A DNA stretch of 64,000 nucleotides from Octopus vulgaris (lineage: Eukaryota). Position 1 is the stretch's first letter. Each line of letters begins with the position of its first letter. Made by a program: the position numbers and the translations under genes. The stretch covers positions 173,414,001-173,478,000 of the forward strand of contig OX597815.1 of the NCBI GenBank assembly GCA_951406725.2, in the 5' to 3' direction. The notes under the pieces are model-generated. The model worked only from the letters and a program-made list of their open reading frames with translations, did not search any database and was not told where the DNA came from. This document shows, piece after piece, positions 1-12,428 of this stretch.

Positions 1-59
1 TTTCTGCTACTTAGGCGACCTAATTAGCATTGGAGGATGATGCAACAACAATGTAAATT

Positions 60-570
60 GCTAGAATAAGAATAGGACGGTAATGGTTCAGAGAGTTTTT
101 AATCTTTGTTGATAAAAAAGAATCTTTCTTTCTGAGTGAAAAGAAAAATGTATAATGCATGTGTACGAACTGCGATGTTACAGTGCAGACATAGGCTCTG
201 AATGCAGAGGACATGTGAAGACTAGAGAGAGCAAAGCTGATATACTCCACTGGATGTGCAATGTTAGTGTACATGTGTGACAGAGCACTGGCGTATAGAA
301 AAAAAAGTTAGGTAAGAGAGAAGACTGTGCTGGTTTGGTCATGCAATGTGGATGAGGACAGTTGCATAAAGATGTGTCAATGACTCAAAGTGGAGGGAAG
401 TTGTGGAACTGGGAGACCACAGAAGACGTGGGATAAAATATTGAAGGCCAATCTCAAAATGCTGGGCCTTGTGAAGGAGATGACAAAGGACCAAGACGTG
501 TGGCACATTGCTGTACTCAAGAAGACCTGCCCAGCACAACAGAACTGATATCCTAGACTCAAAGTGCCAC
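60..570 (+). mobile_element. Decayed RTE-clade LINE 3' coding fragment
   Basis: RRLCWFGH...GRPQKTWDKILKANL-type C-terminal RTE motifs. Similar to 6350-6750 (+) and 20030-20470 (-). Confidence 0.6.
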
Positions 571-574
571 CTAA

Positions 575-2380
575 AAATCAATGGTGATGTGGGCCCCTGA
601 AACCAGGCTGTTGCAGTAACTGGTCCTGAAGCGCTGGGATCTTTGGCACTATGCAGTGCCAACCCATTCTGGCATTGGTGTAGCTTTCGATGCCAAAATT
701 CCAGCTGTATATTAATGCATACCTCTCCTGCCTTCGCTCCAGGGAATAGGGTCTTAGTTGTTTTAGCCTTTCCCAGTAACTGAGCTGTTGCAATGAGACA
801 ATCTTCTTTGTGAAGCTCTGCTGTTAATTTTACACTGTTGGGTGACCATAGCTGGGAGCAGTAATCCAGGCAGCTGAGGACAAATGTTCCCCAGAGGACC
901 ATCATGGCTTCCTTTTCTCTGGTTCTGAACGTTCTCAGGATCCATCTAGCCAGTCATCAGCACTTAATTTGCCATTCTAGAAATGTGCACTTGGAAAGAG
1001 GCATTATCATTCATGTCGATACCCAGGTCCCTCACTAATTTAAGCTCTGGGAATGTAATCCCCTGTGGACCAGTGTACCCTGTAAGTTTCATATTCAGTT
1101 TGGATGCTGGTAGTGCAGGGATTGGTATTTTTCAGCATTAAACTGCATATTATTATCCTCAGCCCATTTGTAAATTGAGTCCAACTTCTGCTGCATGTGT
1201 GCAACAACGCTGGGGTTCAGTATTTTCTGCAAGACTTTCATATTGTCTGCCTAGCTAGCAAGGGTTGCTATCTGGGTAGTTGAAGGCATATCTGAGAGGG
1301 CCGCTATGAAAAGCAGTGGTCCCAAGACAGTGCCCTGTGGAACACCATTCACTATTTGTGTTTTCATTAAGGTGGCTACATTGGTTACTACTGCCTGAGT
1401 TCTATCTTTCAGAAAGTCATATACCACTTTCCTAGCTTTGCCAAGATCATGCAGTTTGTGGCATATTATACCATGATCAACTTTATCAAAAGCTTTTGCA
1501 AAGGTATATTACATCCACATTTGAGTTGTTGAGTAAATGCCTCAACACCTAATCAGTGCCATAAGAGCTGGGTCAGGCAGCTCCTACTTGGTCGAAAGCT
1601 ATGCTGGGTATCACTAAGTAAGTTGTTTTCTTCAAGGAACGCGATTAGTTTCCTTCTGACTATCCGTTCCATGACTTTGCTGATGTGTGATATCAGAGAG
1701 ATAGGCCTATAGTTTTTGGCATCTGCTCTGGTTCTCCCTTTATGGATTAGACATATTATTCCCTCCTTCAGTTTGCTTGGCAGCCTGCCTTTTGCAAGAA
1801 AGCTCTGGAAGAGAATCTGCAGATGTTTCGCCAGAGCATGCTTACACGATTTGAGAAGGATTGCTGGGAAACCATCAGGACCATCAGTTGAGTTTGCATC
1901 CACCTCATCTATGGCTAGTAGTATATTTTCTTCGCTAATGTTGATGTAATCCATCATAACTGCCTTGTTGGTTATAGGTGAGGCAGCAAAGAAATCCACT
2001 GGTTTGTTCACTTGTCTGTCTTCCAACAGGGTGGTAAAGAAATTTTTGAACTGGTCATTCAGTACCTCACTGATCCTGACAGGACTATCTGTGAGGGAGC
2101 CATCCTTTTGGAAGAGGGGTACTATCTTACAACGTACTGAGTCTGTTTCTTTCGGATAATAAAAGAAGGCTTATGGGTTTGACTTAATGTTTTTTATAAC
2201 CTAGGCATCTTTGTCTGCTTTTTCGCCTCACATAGTATTGTTGCAAGCTTTTGTCAATCTCCATCAATGTTGTTTTTAGGCGGGACCTTTCGCTAATTTT
2301 GGAATGTTGGTTGAAGAGATTTGCAACCTTCGTCCATCAACAAATGAGGATCTTCCTCTCCCTTGGAATCTTGTTCCTTT
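575..2380 (-). mobile_element. Decayed CR1-group (CR1/Crack/L2-like) LINE ORF2, reverse transcriptase region
   Basis: Frameshifted pieces DGPDGFPAILLK...NYRPISLISHISKVMERIV, GVPQGTVLGPLLF (about 1310-1345), LDYCSQLWSP and SYWERLKQLRPYSLERRQERY. Confidence 0.85.
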
Positions 2381-2399
2381 TTGTGTATATATATATGTA

Positions 2400-2441
<42 letters not shown>

Positions 2442-2485
2442 TACATATATACGCAAACATATATATATATGCATATATATATAAG

Positions 2486-2519
<34 letters not shown>

Positions 2520-3118
2520 TATATATATACACATATATATGCATATCTACACACACACATATATATATATACTTCCAATACATCTCAACGCTTCTAAAAG
2601 AAACTTTGTTTACTTTTATCTTAAGTTGAATTATAGTAATAATAATAAAAAAATGACGACCAAAGAATGAAACCTTGATATGAGGTAAATAGAGGAATTG
2701 AAACATGTATAGTTTACGGCAATCAGTAAGTTGTCATAATAGGACTCAAGAGTTTGAAATGTCGGAGCTATGTGCTATGATGCATTCTCGTCGGCTATTA
2801 TGCTAATAGACGCGATATAAAAAAATTGCTGAGTGAAAGGGAAGTTACTCTGATAGGGTGGAAAAAATATAAAAGATTAAAAAAATACATGCAACTATAT
2901 TCTCACAATACATAGACATAAAAACCTTGTGCATTCATAATGTCCACATATGTGCACACACACACAAACATGCATATGCCCATACACACAAACATATGTG
3001 CTTTTATGTACTCATACACATATCCCAACAAATGCAGACACACACACACATATATGCACGCAACTTCATCCTCATGTACACATAGGTGTATGCCTACATA
3101 TATATTAGACATTTATAC

Positions 3119-3151
<33 letters not shown>

Positions 3152-3170
3152 CGTATACATATATACGTAT

Positions 3171-3208
<38 letters not shown>

Positions 3209-3284
3209 GTGCATATGAATGTATGCATATACATATATACTCATATGAATATATGCATATACATATTTGTACATATGTACACAA

Positions 3285-3329
<45 letters not shown>

Positions 3330-3580
3330 TGAATATACTGTATCACACACCTACAACTGTAGATATGCAAGCATATGCATATACGTATATAAGGAGATGT
3401 GTGCATGAAAGTCACACTTATACACCGGAAACAGTCCAAACTCATATACATACATGCATACACATATATACACACACATACACATTTAATACATACATAC
3501 ATACATATACTCACACATGTACACAATCACACAATCAAAAAGGAAAAAATATATAAAACAATAAATGTCAAGACATGGAA

Positions 3581-3619
<39 letters not shown>

Positions 3620-3680
3620 TATACTTATATAAAATATACATGCAAAATACATATATATATATATACATACATATATATAT

Positions 3681-4910
3681 ATCTACTACATAAGTGGAAA
3701 ATCGGAGTGTTTGTGGCGTTGTTAGCTAACTCTTACATCGTTTTATTGATTTTGATGAAACTAGTCACAAGAGTAGGACTCATGTCTCACAACCTTGTGA
3801 CATACTCAGATTGTTTAAAAAATCGTTAATACGGCCCCTAGAAGGGATCTTTATATCTACATCATATAACTAATTTTTTTTAAACACCCAGGGGAAATAA
3901 CCCATAGCCCCTGCACTTACAGTTGTTAGTTTTTAGTGAAGTGATCAATATTTAATTCTCATGATCAGTAGACGTAATTCTGCATTTCTCTATGCCCAGT
4001 TTCCAACTGCTAAACCTTATTATTGCACTTTCTTGATGCATGTACACATTCAATGCCCATAACTCCGATAATTCTGCATTTTTCTAGTTAAAATTTTTCG
4101 ATGACAGTACATAAATTTTTGATTCCAGAACGTATTTAATAACTGTGTACCAATACAATGAACTCATACTTTGAATGCTTAAAATTCTTTAAAAATTCAA
4201 CCAAACTTCTACACCACATTCAGTTGGGACACCCTGTATCACTTATACTTATTTTACAAATCACAATATTTAATGTTTATTTACAGTTCATACATTTTCA
4301 TGAAACTAATTGAGCCATCGAATTTAGAAATGTTTTACAGGTTTCATTGTTTATGTTCAGTTACCGTGAATATTGATATTAGTGTGTCCAATTTCTAATT
4401 TTTGGAGACAATATAACTTTTATACTTTATTTGACATGTGAGTAAAACTCATGTCTGGAAACCTCGTGACATACTTAGATTGGTGACAAAAATCGATAAT
4501 TGGGCCCCTCCAATGGATCCTTTTATCAAATACCCATTACTAATATTTTATTTCAACAACCCATAACACCTGCAGTTTTTAGCGAAGTGATCAATATTTA
4601 ATTCTCAGGATCAGCAGACTTAATTTTGCATTTCACTACTCAGTTTTGAACTGCTGCTAAACATTATTATTGCACTTCCTTGATTTTAATGTTAAACCTT
4701 AAAGACTTCATTCATACTGTTTTGAATGCCCATTACTCTGATAAGTTTGCATTTTTACAGTTACACTTTTTCCATGACAGTATCACCAAATTTCACTTAA
4801 CAATTCAACATTGCTTTTCTCATGTTAAAAAGAATTGTTTTCCTGTCAATGAGAGCAGTTATACATTTCCCAGATGCCTTTGCTAAGCAGAATAATGTCG
4901 TTGTCACTAG
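3681..4910 (+). mobile_element. Probable non-autonomous Helitron-like element with an internal ~670-bp duplication
   Basis: Starts atctactacataag with a gattttgatgaaact motif and ends near cactag (about 4910). 3780-4110 is repeated in diverged form at 4448-4790. Confidence 0.4.
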
Positions 4911-5139
4911 ACACTTCTAACTTCTTCTAGGCCACCAGGGGCTGGAATGGAGACTCCCCTCTCCAGCTGACAGTTTTTTGTACTTTTTTGCAACGGAAAA
5001 TACACCTCTTGTGGCAGTCATAATGAAATTGCTTTCTTATATCAGAGTAATAAGACATTTCAATAGAACATCTTTACACACCGGAAATTACTGGCTACAC
5101 CAGCTAGTACATATATACATAAACATATATTATATACAC

Positions 5140-5420
5140 ATATATATATATATATATACATAAAATATACAAATAATATATATATATACATAAAATATAC
5201 AAATAATATATATATATATATAAAATATACAAATAATATATATATATAAAATATAATATATATATATACATAAAATATACAAATAATATATATATATAAA
5301 ATATAATATATATATATACATAAAATATACAAATAATATATATATATATAAAATATACAAATAATATATATATATATATAAAATATATATATATATAATA
5401 TATATATACATATAAAAAAT
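5140..5420. repeat. AT-rich minisatellite of ~30-nt units (cataaaatatacaaataatatatatatata) derived from (TA)n
   Basis: Motif taaaatatacaaataat recurs at least 6 times, separated by variable (TA)n. Confidence 0.85.
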
Positions 5421-5689
5421 ATATATATATACATATAAAATATATACACATATAAAAATATATATATACATACATATAAAATATATACACATATAAAATA
5501 TATACACATATATATATCTATATACATATAATATATATATTTATATACATATAAAATATATATAAATATATTTACATGCATATAATGGCCATCACCAATG
5601 GTGCAAGTAACATGAAATATGTAAACAAGGAAAAAATAGGAAACGGGACAAGCAAACACAGAGAATGGACCCTTGTAAATCAGTTGTTA

Positions 5690-7045
5690 GCTAACAAAGA
5701 ATACAGCTAAGAATTCAGGTCCAAGGATTAGACCTCAGCCCCCTCTTGTTCATCATAGTCCTTGAAGCAATAACTGAGGAATTTAAGAGAGGCTGCCCCT
5801 GGGAGCTCTTCTATGCTCATGTCTATGTTGTTATAGCTGAATCATTACCAGAACTAAAGAAGTTTCAGGTATGGAAGCAAGGTCTAGAATTGAAGGGCCT
5901 TAGAGTTAACCTAACAAAAAACCAATGTCTTAGTAAGTAGGAAGGCAGACAAATCCCAAATCTCTTCAGGTAAATGGCTCTATTGAATCTGTAGAAAAGG
6001 CATAGGTAGAAACTCCATAAGATGTATCAGGTGTAAGCTATGAATACATAAGAGGTGAAGCAATATCAGAGTAAGGTTAACAGGGAGAATATGTTTTGTG
6101 TGTGGATGTTACACAGGTACAATAAACACCAAAAATGTACAGAAAATAGACTCCATCAATTGCCAATGGGGTAAGCTAGAGATTGTAGATAGCTTCCGTT
6201 ATCTAGACAACCAAGTTAGTAGTGGAGGTGGATGCCCCAAGAGCACAGCTGTGAGAATAAGAATAGGCTGGGCAAAGTTCAGAGAGTTCCTACCTCTGCT
6301 GGTAACAAAGTGCTTCTCCCTCAAAGTGAAAGGCATTATATGATGCTTGTGTGCAAACAGCTATGCTACATGTTAGTGAAACATGGGCCATGACAGCAGA
6401 GGACATGTGTACACTTGAAATAAATGAAGCTAGTATGCTTCGCTGGATGTGCAATGCCAGTGTGCATGTTTATCAGAGTGTAAGCATCTTGAAAGAAAAG
6501 TTGAACATAAGTGACATCAGATGTGGTGTGCAAGAGATGATTGTGCTGGTATGGTCATTTGATGTGTATGAACATCTGTGTAAAGAAGTGCTGATCTCCA
6601 ACTGTGGAAGGTACCTGTGGCAGAGGTAGACCTAGGAAGACATGGAACGAGGTGGTGAAGCATGATCTGAAAACTTTGGGCCTCACAGAGGCAATGACTG
6701 GGGACAGAGACCTTTGGTGATATGTTGTGCTTCAGAAAACCTGTCAAGCCAGGTGAAATCCTAGTTGTGGCTGATGCTAGTGTCACGTAACTGGCACCCA
6801 TGTCAGTGGCATGTAAAAAGCACATTTTGAGTGTTGGGCCTCATGGCGGTAATGACAAATGAGCAAGACCTTTGGCATTATATTGTGCTTTAGAAGAAGA
6901 ACCATCAAGCCAGTAGTGGCAGATACTGGTGTCACACAAAGGGAACCTATGCCGGTGGTATGTTAATGCACCCATTACACACTGTCAAATAAGACAGGAG
7001 TCTGGTGCAGCCTTCCAGCCCCAGTCAAACCACCCAACCACGCCA
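5690..7045 (+). mobile_element. 5'-truncated, decayed RTE-clade LINE (RT C-terminal half, Cys-rich insert, 3' UTR)
   Basis: LSPLLFIIVLEAITEEFKRGCPWELFYA, LKGLRVNLTK, FRYL, RIRIGWAKFRE, SETWAMT and GRPRKTW motifs, with frameshifts. Confidence 0.85.
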
Positions 7046-7086
<41 letters not shown>

Positions 7087-7092
7087 TACATA

Positions 7093-7820
7093 TATCTTTA
7101 TATATATAAAACTGAGAATGTGTGTCTGTCTGTCTGTGTGTTTCCCTAAAACTTGAGAACTACACAACCAATTTCATTCAAATTTTACACATGCCTTACT
7201 TAGGGTCCGGGGAGTGTCATCTGCAAAAAAAATGTTCAACTTCTTGCCTAGATCGAGCCCAAAGCAATATCATATCTTCTTCACTATTTCAGTATTACGT
7301 GTTAAAAGTGAAACAAAAATATTTCTCTATTTTATGTCAGATGCTTTCACTTTAACAATAAAAATAATAATAACAATTGAATTATATGTAGTAAGTGATA
7401 ATTAAAATCAAACTAAAGTATAATATAACCATAACATAACAAAAGTAAAAATAGCAATTGGTATAAAATTGCATCAATTATTTGAACTTGAATAAGTGGT
7501 TTCACATGAATGGGAATAAATTAAAAATAAGATTAGCGTACAGAAATGGAATAGTCCAGATGGATGATAAAAAATTAAATTAAAGAAAAGACTATTGTCT
7601 ATAAAGTATACAATGTAGAGAAAAAAGAAGAGCTAACAATTCCAGTCTGTTATATATTTTGAGTATTGTTATCACTAGCGATATCAAGATATAACTTTGT
7701 ATTTTGCATTTATGTGTAGATGTATATATATAGATGTACATGTAATATGTACACATATATATACACATATATACATGCACTAGCACTATGACCTGGTAAC
7801 GACGGGTCTTTAATGCTAGT
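7093..7820 (+). mobile_element. Non-autonomous Helitron-like element
   Basis: 5' tctttatatatataaaa with (gtct)n and accaatttcattcaaatttt motifs. 3' hairpin actagcactatgacc...gggtctttaatgctagt ending in CTAGT. Confidence 0.5.
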
Positions 7821-7864
7821 ATATATATATATATATATATACACACACATACATACATATATAT

Positions 7865-7895
<31 letters not shown>

Positions 7896-8576
7896 CACAC
7901 GCACATACATATATATATATATATATAGATATATATTTGTGTATGTATATACATGTACATATATACATACACACACAAAGACAGTCCTCTCTATGTGAGA
8001 GTTAATTTTGACAATATATTAATTTGAAATATAGAAATATATCAGGTAGTGATTGTACCTATTAGAGAAAAAGCTATCAATAATAATATAACTAAAAGCC
8101 TTATAATTAATTATAATCAATTATGTAGTTGCGCTTAAGAATATAGTAATATAATTATGACTGTATCTGTCAGTCTTTTTAATTGGTATTATAAATTAAG
8201 TTGGGATAAGGGAGATAATTTTGGGTGTCGTGAAGAACATTGAGATGCATTTTACAACTTTTTTTTTTAGCACAAGGAATTTACACATGTTTATTGGGAA
8301 ATTGCTTAAAAAGCTAGATACAAATTTCTGTCAACTTGTTGCAATGGTAATTAAATTTTTGAAAGGAATACTATAGTTGATTGAATGCATTTCAGGATAT
8401 TTGTGGGTGCTTTACAGGTATCAGTATTTCCAATGTATTATTTATTCCCCATAAGGAAAGCTAGTCATTTTTTTAAATATCGATGATAATGCATTGCTAC
8501 AGAATGAATGAATGATAGAAAAAAAACTATTAAATTTTGAAAACACAATTTTTGAAAAAGCAGTAGTAAACTTTAC

Positions 8577-8779
8577 CTTATAGTTTGAAAGTGATTTTGT
8601 AATATCTCGAGAGTTATGTGATTTTGATTTCACCTCATCTTCCATCTGGTGTAACCATCGGTTAAATGCAGAGTATGTTTCATCAAACTGTCGACATTCA
8701 AGTAACATATCCTCTAAGTGAGTCTTTCTTGATGAAACTGCAGATCTTGTGTCATTCCAAAGATGGCTTATTTCATCAG
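8577..8779 (-). CDS. DMD: Dystrophin coding exon, equivalent to human exon 53, 203 nt
   Basis: ttttgcag|CT acceptor and AAG|gtaaag donor (phase 1 to 0). Encodes (A)DEISHLWNDTRSAVSSRKTHLEDMLLECRQFDETYSAFNRWLHQMEDEVKSKSHNSRDITKSLSNYK, versus human ERIQNQWDEVQEHLQNRRQQLNEML. Confidence 0.92.
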
Positions 8780-9223
8780 CTGCAAAATAAAGAAAAAAAC
8801 TGTTTATTGAGTGACAAAGGTAGAGAGAGGTATATGGAAATAAACTTTTGAAAAAATACCATGGCATTTGAATCAGAAATGCTGAAAAATCTACAAGAGT
8901 TCAAGAGAAATGAGTTTAGTATGTTGGGGTGTAACATCAAATTGCATGAAAAGCAATACAAGAGAAATGAGATGTGTATCACAGTCATTGAACAAAATAG
9001 CAATGTTAACTATTTTGAATGGAAAAAGTACTGTGTAATGACAGTGGAAGGTACTGAAGTAAAGAAAGATAAAACTGACATGGGAAGAAGTGATGAGGTT
9101 GGATCTTTGAATATTGGGCCCAACAGATGAGATGAGAATGGTTGTATGTAAATAAATTGTATTGCAGACCACTCCAATTCATACCAACCTAATACTAATG
9201 ATGAAAGGAGTTCCTGAGTTTTT

Positions 9224-9790
9224 ATCATCATCATCGTTTAACGTCTGCTTTCCATACTGGCCTGGGCTGGATGGTTTGACTGAGGACTGGCAAGCCAGGA
9301 GGCTACAGTAGGCTCCAATCTGATCTGGTAAGGTTTCTTATTTCTTTATTGCCCACAAGGGGCTAAACATAGAGGGGACAAACAAGGACAGACAAAGGGA
9401 TTAAGTCGATTACATCGATCCCAGAGCGTAACTGGTACTTAATTTATCAACCCCGAAAGGATGAAAGGCAAAGTCGACCTCGGTGGAATTTGAACTCAGA
9501 ACATAACGGCAGACAAAATACCACTAAGCATTTTGCATAGTGTGCTAATATTTCTGCCAGCTTGCCTGATCTGGTAAGGTTTCTACAGCTGGATGCCCTT
9601 CTTAACACCAACCACTCTGAGAGTGCAGTGGGTGCTTTCTACGTGCAGCCGGCATGGGGGACTGTTAGGCAGCTCTGGAATTGACCATGCTCAAATGGTG
9701 CTTTTTATGTGCCACCATAACAGGAGCCAGTCAGGTGGCACTGACATCAGCAATGACTACAATTTTACTAAACTCAAAAGGTCTTCTCAA
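9224..9790 (-). mobile_element. RTE LINE 3' end with (GAT)n tail, interrupted by a SINE
   Basis: catcatcatcgtttaacgtc...ggatgcccttc...gagagtgcagtgggtgc. Same family as 19606 and 44358. Confidence 0.75.
9339..9565 (-). mobile_element. tRNA-derived octopus-type SINE (family 1) with 19-bp target-site duplication
   Basis: On the minus strand: A-box-like tggcagaaa, B-box gagttcaaattcc and AATAAA tail. TSD ctgatctggtaaggtttct at 9320-9338 and 9566-9584. Confidence 0.9.
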
Positions 9791-9867
9791 GATAAAAATT
9801 ATGATGATGGTAGTAGTGGTGATGATGCTGAAGTTTACAAATATCTAATAAGAAAAACTATATTTAC

Positions 9868-9985
9868 CCTTCTCTTGAACTGCCTTCTTAACTTCAGAAG
9901 AATTAGTTTCTTTTTGTAATACTGATGCTTTCTGAAGAATGTCTTCAAGATCTTGTTGTCGATTCTCCATATTTTGCAAAGTATT
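9868..9985 (-). CDS. DMD: Dystrophin coding exon, equivalent to human exon 52, 118 nt
   Basis: ttttcag|AAT acceptor and AGG|gtaaat donor (phase 0 to 1). Encodes NTLQNMENRQQDLEDILQKASVLQKETNSSEVKKAVQEK, versus human ATMQDLEQRRPQLEELITAAQNLKNKTSNQE, same length. Not in the ORF track. Confidence 0.92.
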
Positions 9986-10696
9986 CTGAAAATGATTTTA
10001 TAAAGTCATAAAAATGTTTATACATAAAAAAAGATGTGAATCAACTATAAACAAACGTTTATAGTTGATTCACTTTTTCCATAAAGCATTCTTTTTTCTC
10101 AGTACAATTAAGCTAATAAAACTTCTCAACAAAAGAATATGTAGAAAGCAATCCTTTTAGAGTCAGTGTCACTAAGTTATGCTGAACCGGTGCAGCTCTA
10201 TTAGACCACTATAAACATACTAAATCTGATTATTTTCAAGTTGAAAATTCTTCGACTTGTTAAATATCTATGCTGAAAATTTGTATGAATGCAAGACCAA
10301 CATTAAATGCATCAGCATGTAGAGTCTCTTGACCAAATTTTTGAGACTTATACTACTGTGTACATTATTAATGTTTGAATTCAATATACACTATGAATGA
10401 TTCAGGCTTTTCTTGAAAACAATTTCCAGAGTTTACAAAGAATAAGTCAATATATGAAAGATTGATATTTCAGAGTTGTGCTTGTCTGGTAAGTTGTTTG
10501 ATTTGAGATCATATGTTGAAACTGAAGTAGTTACATTGTAAAAGAGTGACTTTAGCCATTTACAAATGTATAAATTTCTGTGTTTTTTCAAGTATTTCAT
10601 CATGTTTCTATGATTTGATCACTGACATCTCATAACAAGCATTTCTAACTTTTATTTTTCATTATATCCATATCACTCATCCCACTTTATCACTAA

Positions 10697-10910
10697 CTAG
10701 CACTATGACCCAGCAACGTCGGTCATAGTGCTAGCCAGTTTATCGATTTTTTAATGGCTTTCTGGGGTGACTGGGGAAATGAAAAGATCTTCACAACCAT
10801 CCTCAGACAGTTTTGAAAGGCCATAGAAAATGCGAGCCTTTTATGTGAAAAACTGTGGATTTGTATAAAGGACACACATACATTTTGCTGTTTATAGATA
10901 TATTGAGATA
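10697..10910 (-). mobile_element. Short non-autonomous Helitron-like element
   Basis: Near-perfect palindrome ctagcactatgacc-cagcaacgtc-ggtcatagtgctag, matching the hairpin at about 7778-7820. Confidence 0.45.
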
Positions 10911-11366
10911 TTTGTCTCTATTGCCAATACCTCTCATTCTGAAAAGAGCCAGAGAGAAAGAAGAGGCATGAGGTTGTGAGGTCCTTTTAGTCAGGTCAAG
11001 GACATAGATGCTCTTCTCTCAAGCTGGTGTCATGTAAAATACACCTAGAACACTCTATAAAGTGTAAGCTAGTAAGATTCTTAAATCTTGTTGAGGATGT
11101 GACACCTCTCTAGTGCTGGTATCAAAAAAAAAAAGCACCTAATACAGTTTGTAAAGTGGCTGGTTCTAGGAAGCCAAGTGTGAAGTGTGAGTAAGACGAG
11201 GTCATCTGTACTGTCTAAGGAAGTAGTACCCCCAAATATGTAATGACTTCAATTGTGACATTCTGTCCAGGCCTACGCCAACATGGAAAGCAGGATAAAA
11301 TTAAAAGTAAAAGAATTTTTCTCGAATTCAATTTCTCTATAACTAAAAATCGAGTGAAAAACCTAC

Positions 11367-11554
11367 CTTTTGTTTGACAATAAGTTGCTCAATATCAGAT
11401 ATGTTGCCAATCACAGCTTTATTGACTTTCTGCATTCGATTCTGTAAAGCTAACCAATCCATGATGTCATTTACAGATTTGTCATAGCCTGAATGTCGAG
11501 CAGTGCCGGCATGAGGCAAATGGTTTGCTTGCTGCATCTCATGGGATACTTTTA
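11367..11554 (-). CDS. DMD: Dystrophin coding exon, equivalent to human exon 51 (hinge 3 end, start of R20), 188 nt
   Basis: tgtaatag|TA acceptor (a second in-frame AG lies 6 nt downstream) and AAG|gtaggt donor (phase 1 to 0). C-terminus DIMDWLALQNRMQKVNKAVIGNISDIEQLIVKQK matches human ELTDWLSLLDQVIKSQRVMVGDLEDINEMIIKQK. Confidence 0.92.
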
Positions 11555-12211
11555 CTATTACAAAAAGAAGAAAAGAAATTGAATTTATAATACCCAAGAT
11601 AAGTTAAGCATTTTTATATTCTTAATAATGATGGACATTAAATTCATTTATTTTCAGTGAGAAACAAAATATTTTTTTATTAAATATATTTGCATATCAA
11701 CTTAAATTGCAAGACTGGATCAGATTTACTATAGATCTTTTAGGATACATTTTTTTTCTTTCAATCAGCTATTTAATTTAAAAGTGAACAGTTCAATAAT
11801 TATGAAACAAATCATAAACATTAATATGTGTTTCAAAAGATAGCTCTATGGAGCATATCTCAGAAAACAATAGCCTACTAATTTATAGTTTGTAAACGAA
11901 ATCATTTGCAACATATCACTTGCACAATAACAAAAAACCCATGCCACAATGATTTTGACATGAACTTTTATACTACAATGAATGCAGCAGATCAATGTAT
12001 AAGTATGAAATTTAGTATGACTCCTACCTTAACAGTGAATGACTTTATGCATCTTAAAGTCACATAGACACAAAAATCTCAAATAAAATGAACGTGTTCC
12101 AATTGGGAATTAAAAACTGATAGCAAGATTAAGGCTTGCTTAATAAAATAGTTTTAAAAGCTTTATTTTTTCATGAGTTACATAAAACAGAGAACTAATG
12201 CATTTGCATAC

Positions 12212-12428
12212 CTTTTTTCATAACTTCAACAACTGCTTCTGAAGCTGGCTTCATCTGAGAAGCCATTATTTGTATGTGTTCCCAGTCGTTGTTAAGCTGA
12301 ACAACTCGGTCTTGAATTGCATCTGTCATCTTAATATTCTGCCGTTGTCCTTCTTTCACCATCTGACCATACTTGTGATTGATATTGTCTACATTTACTT
12401 GCCGTGCTTTCAAAGCTTTCTGCATAGT
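12212..12428 (-). CDS. DMD: Dystrophin coding exon, equivalent to human exons 49+50 fused, 217 nt
   Basis: ccttgtag|ACT acceptor and AAAG|gtatgc donor (phase 0 to 1). Encodes TMQKALKARQVNVDNINHKYGQMVKEGQRQNIKMTDAIQDRVVQLNNDWEHIQIMASQMKPASEAVVEVMKK, i.e. spectrin helices B-C leading into hinge 3. Confidence 0.9.

Noticed and set aside
2251-3668. Many 60-140-aa ORFs rich in Y/I/H/T/C/V (also 5060-5659, 7592-7998, 22014-22879, 23290-23574)
   Set aside because: These are translations of (TA)n and (CA)n microsatellites, which lack stop codons. They are not genes.
5140-5420. Regularly spaced repeats that look superficially CRISPR-like
   Set aside because: The spacers are (TA)n rather than unique sequence, the context is eukaryotic, and no cas genes are present. 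It is a minisatellite.
1-8576. Search for the exon-54 equivalent
   Set aside because: No spectrin-like frame with matching splice sites was found among the LINE, Helitron and microsatellite sequence. It is presumably beyond the left edge.
9480-9565. tRNA-like A/B box sequences in SINE heads
   Set aside because: They are part of dispersed SINEs with TSDs and do not form a complete cloverleaf tRNA gene.
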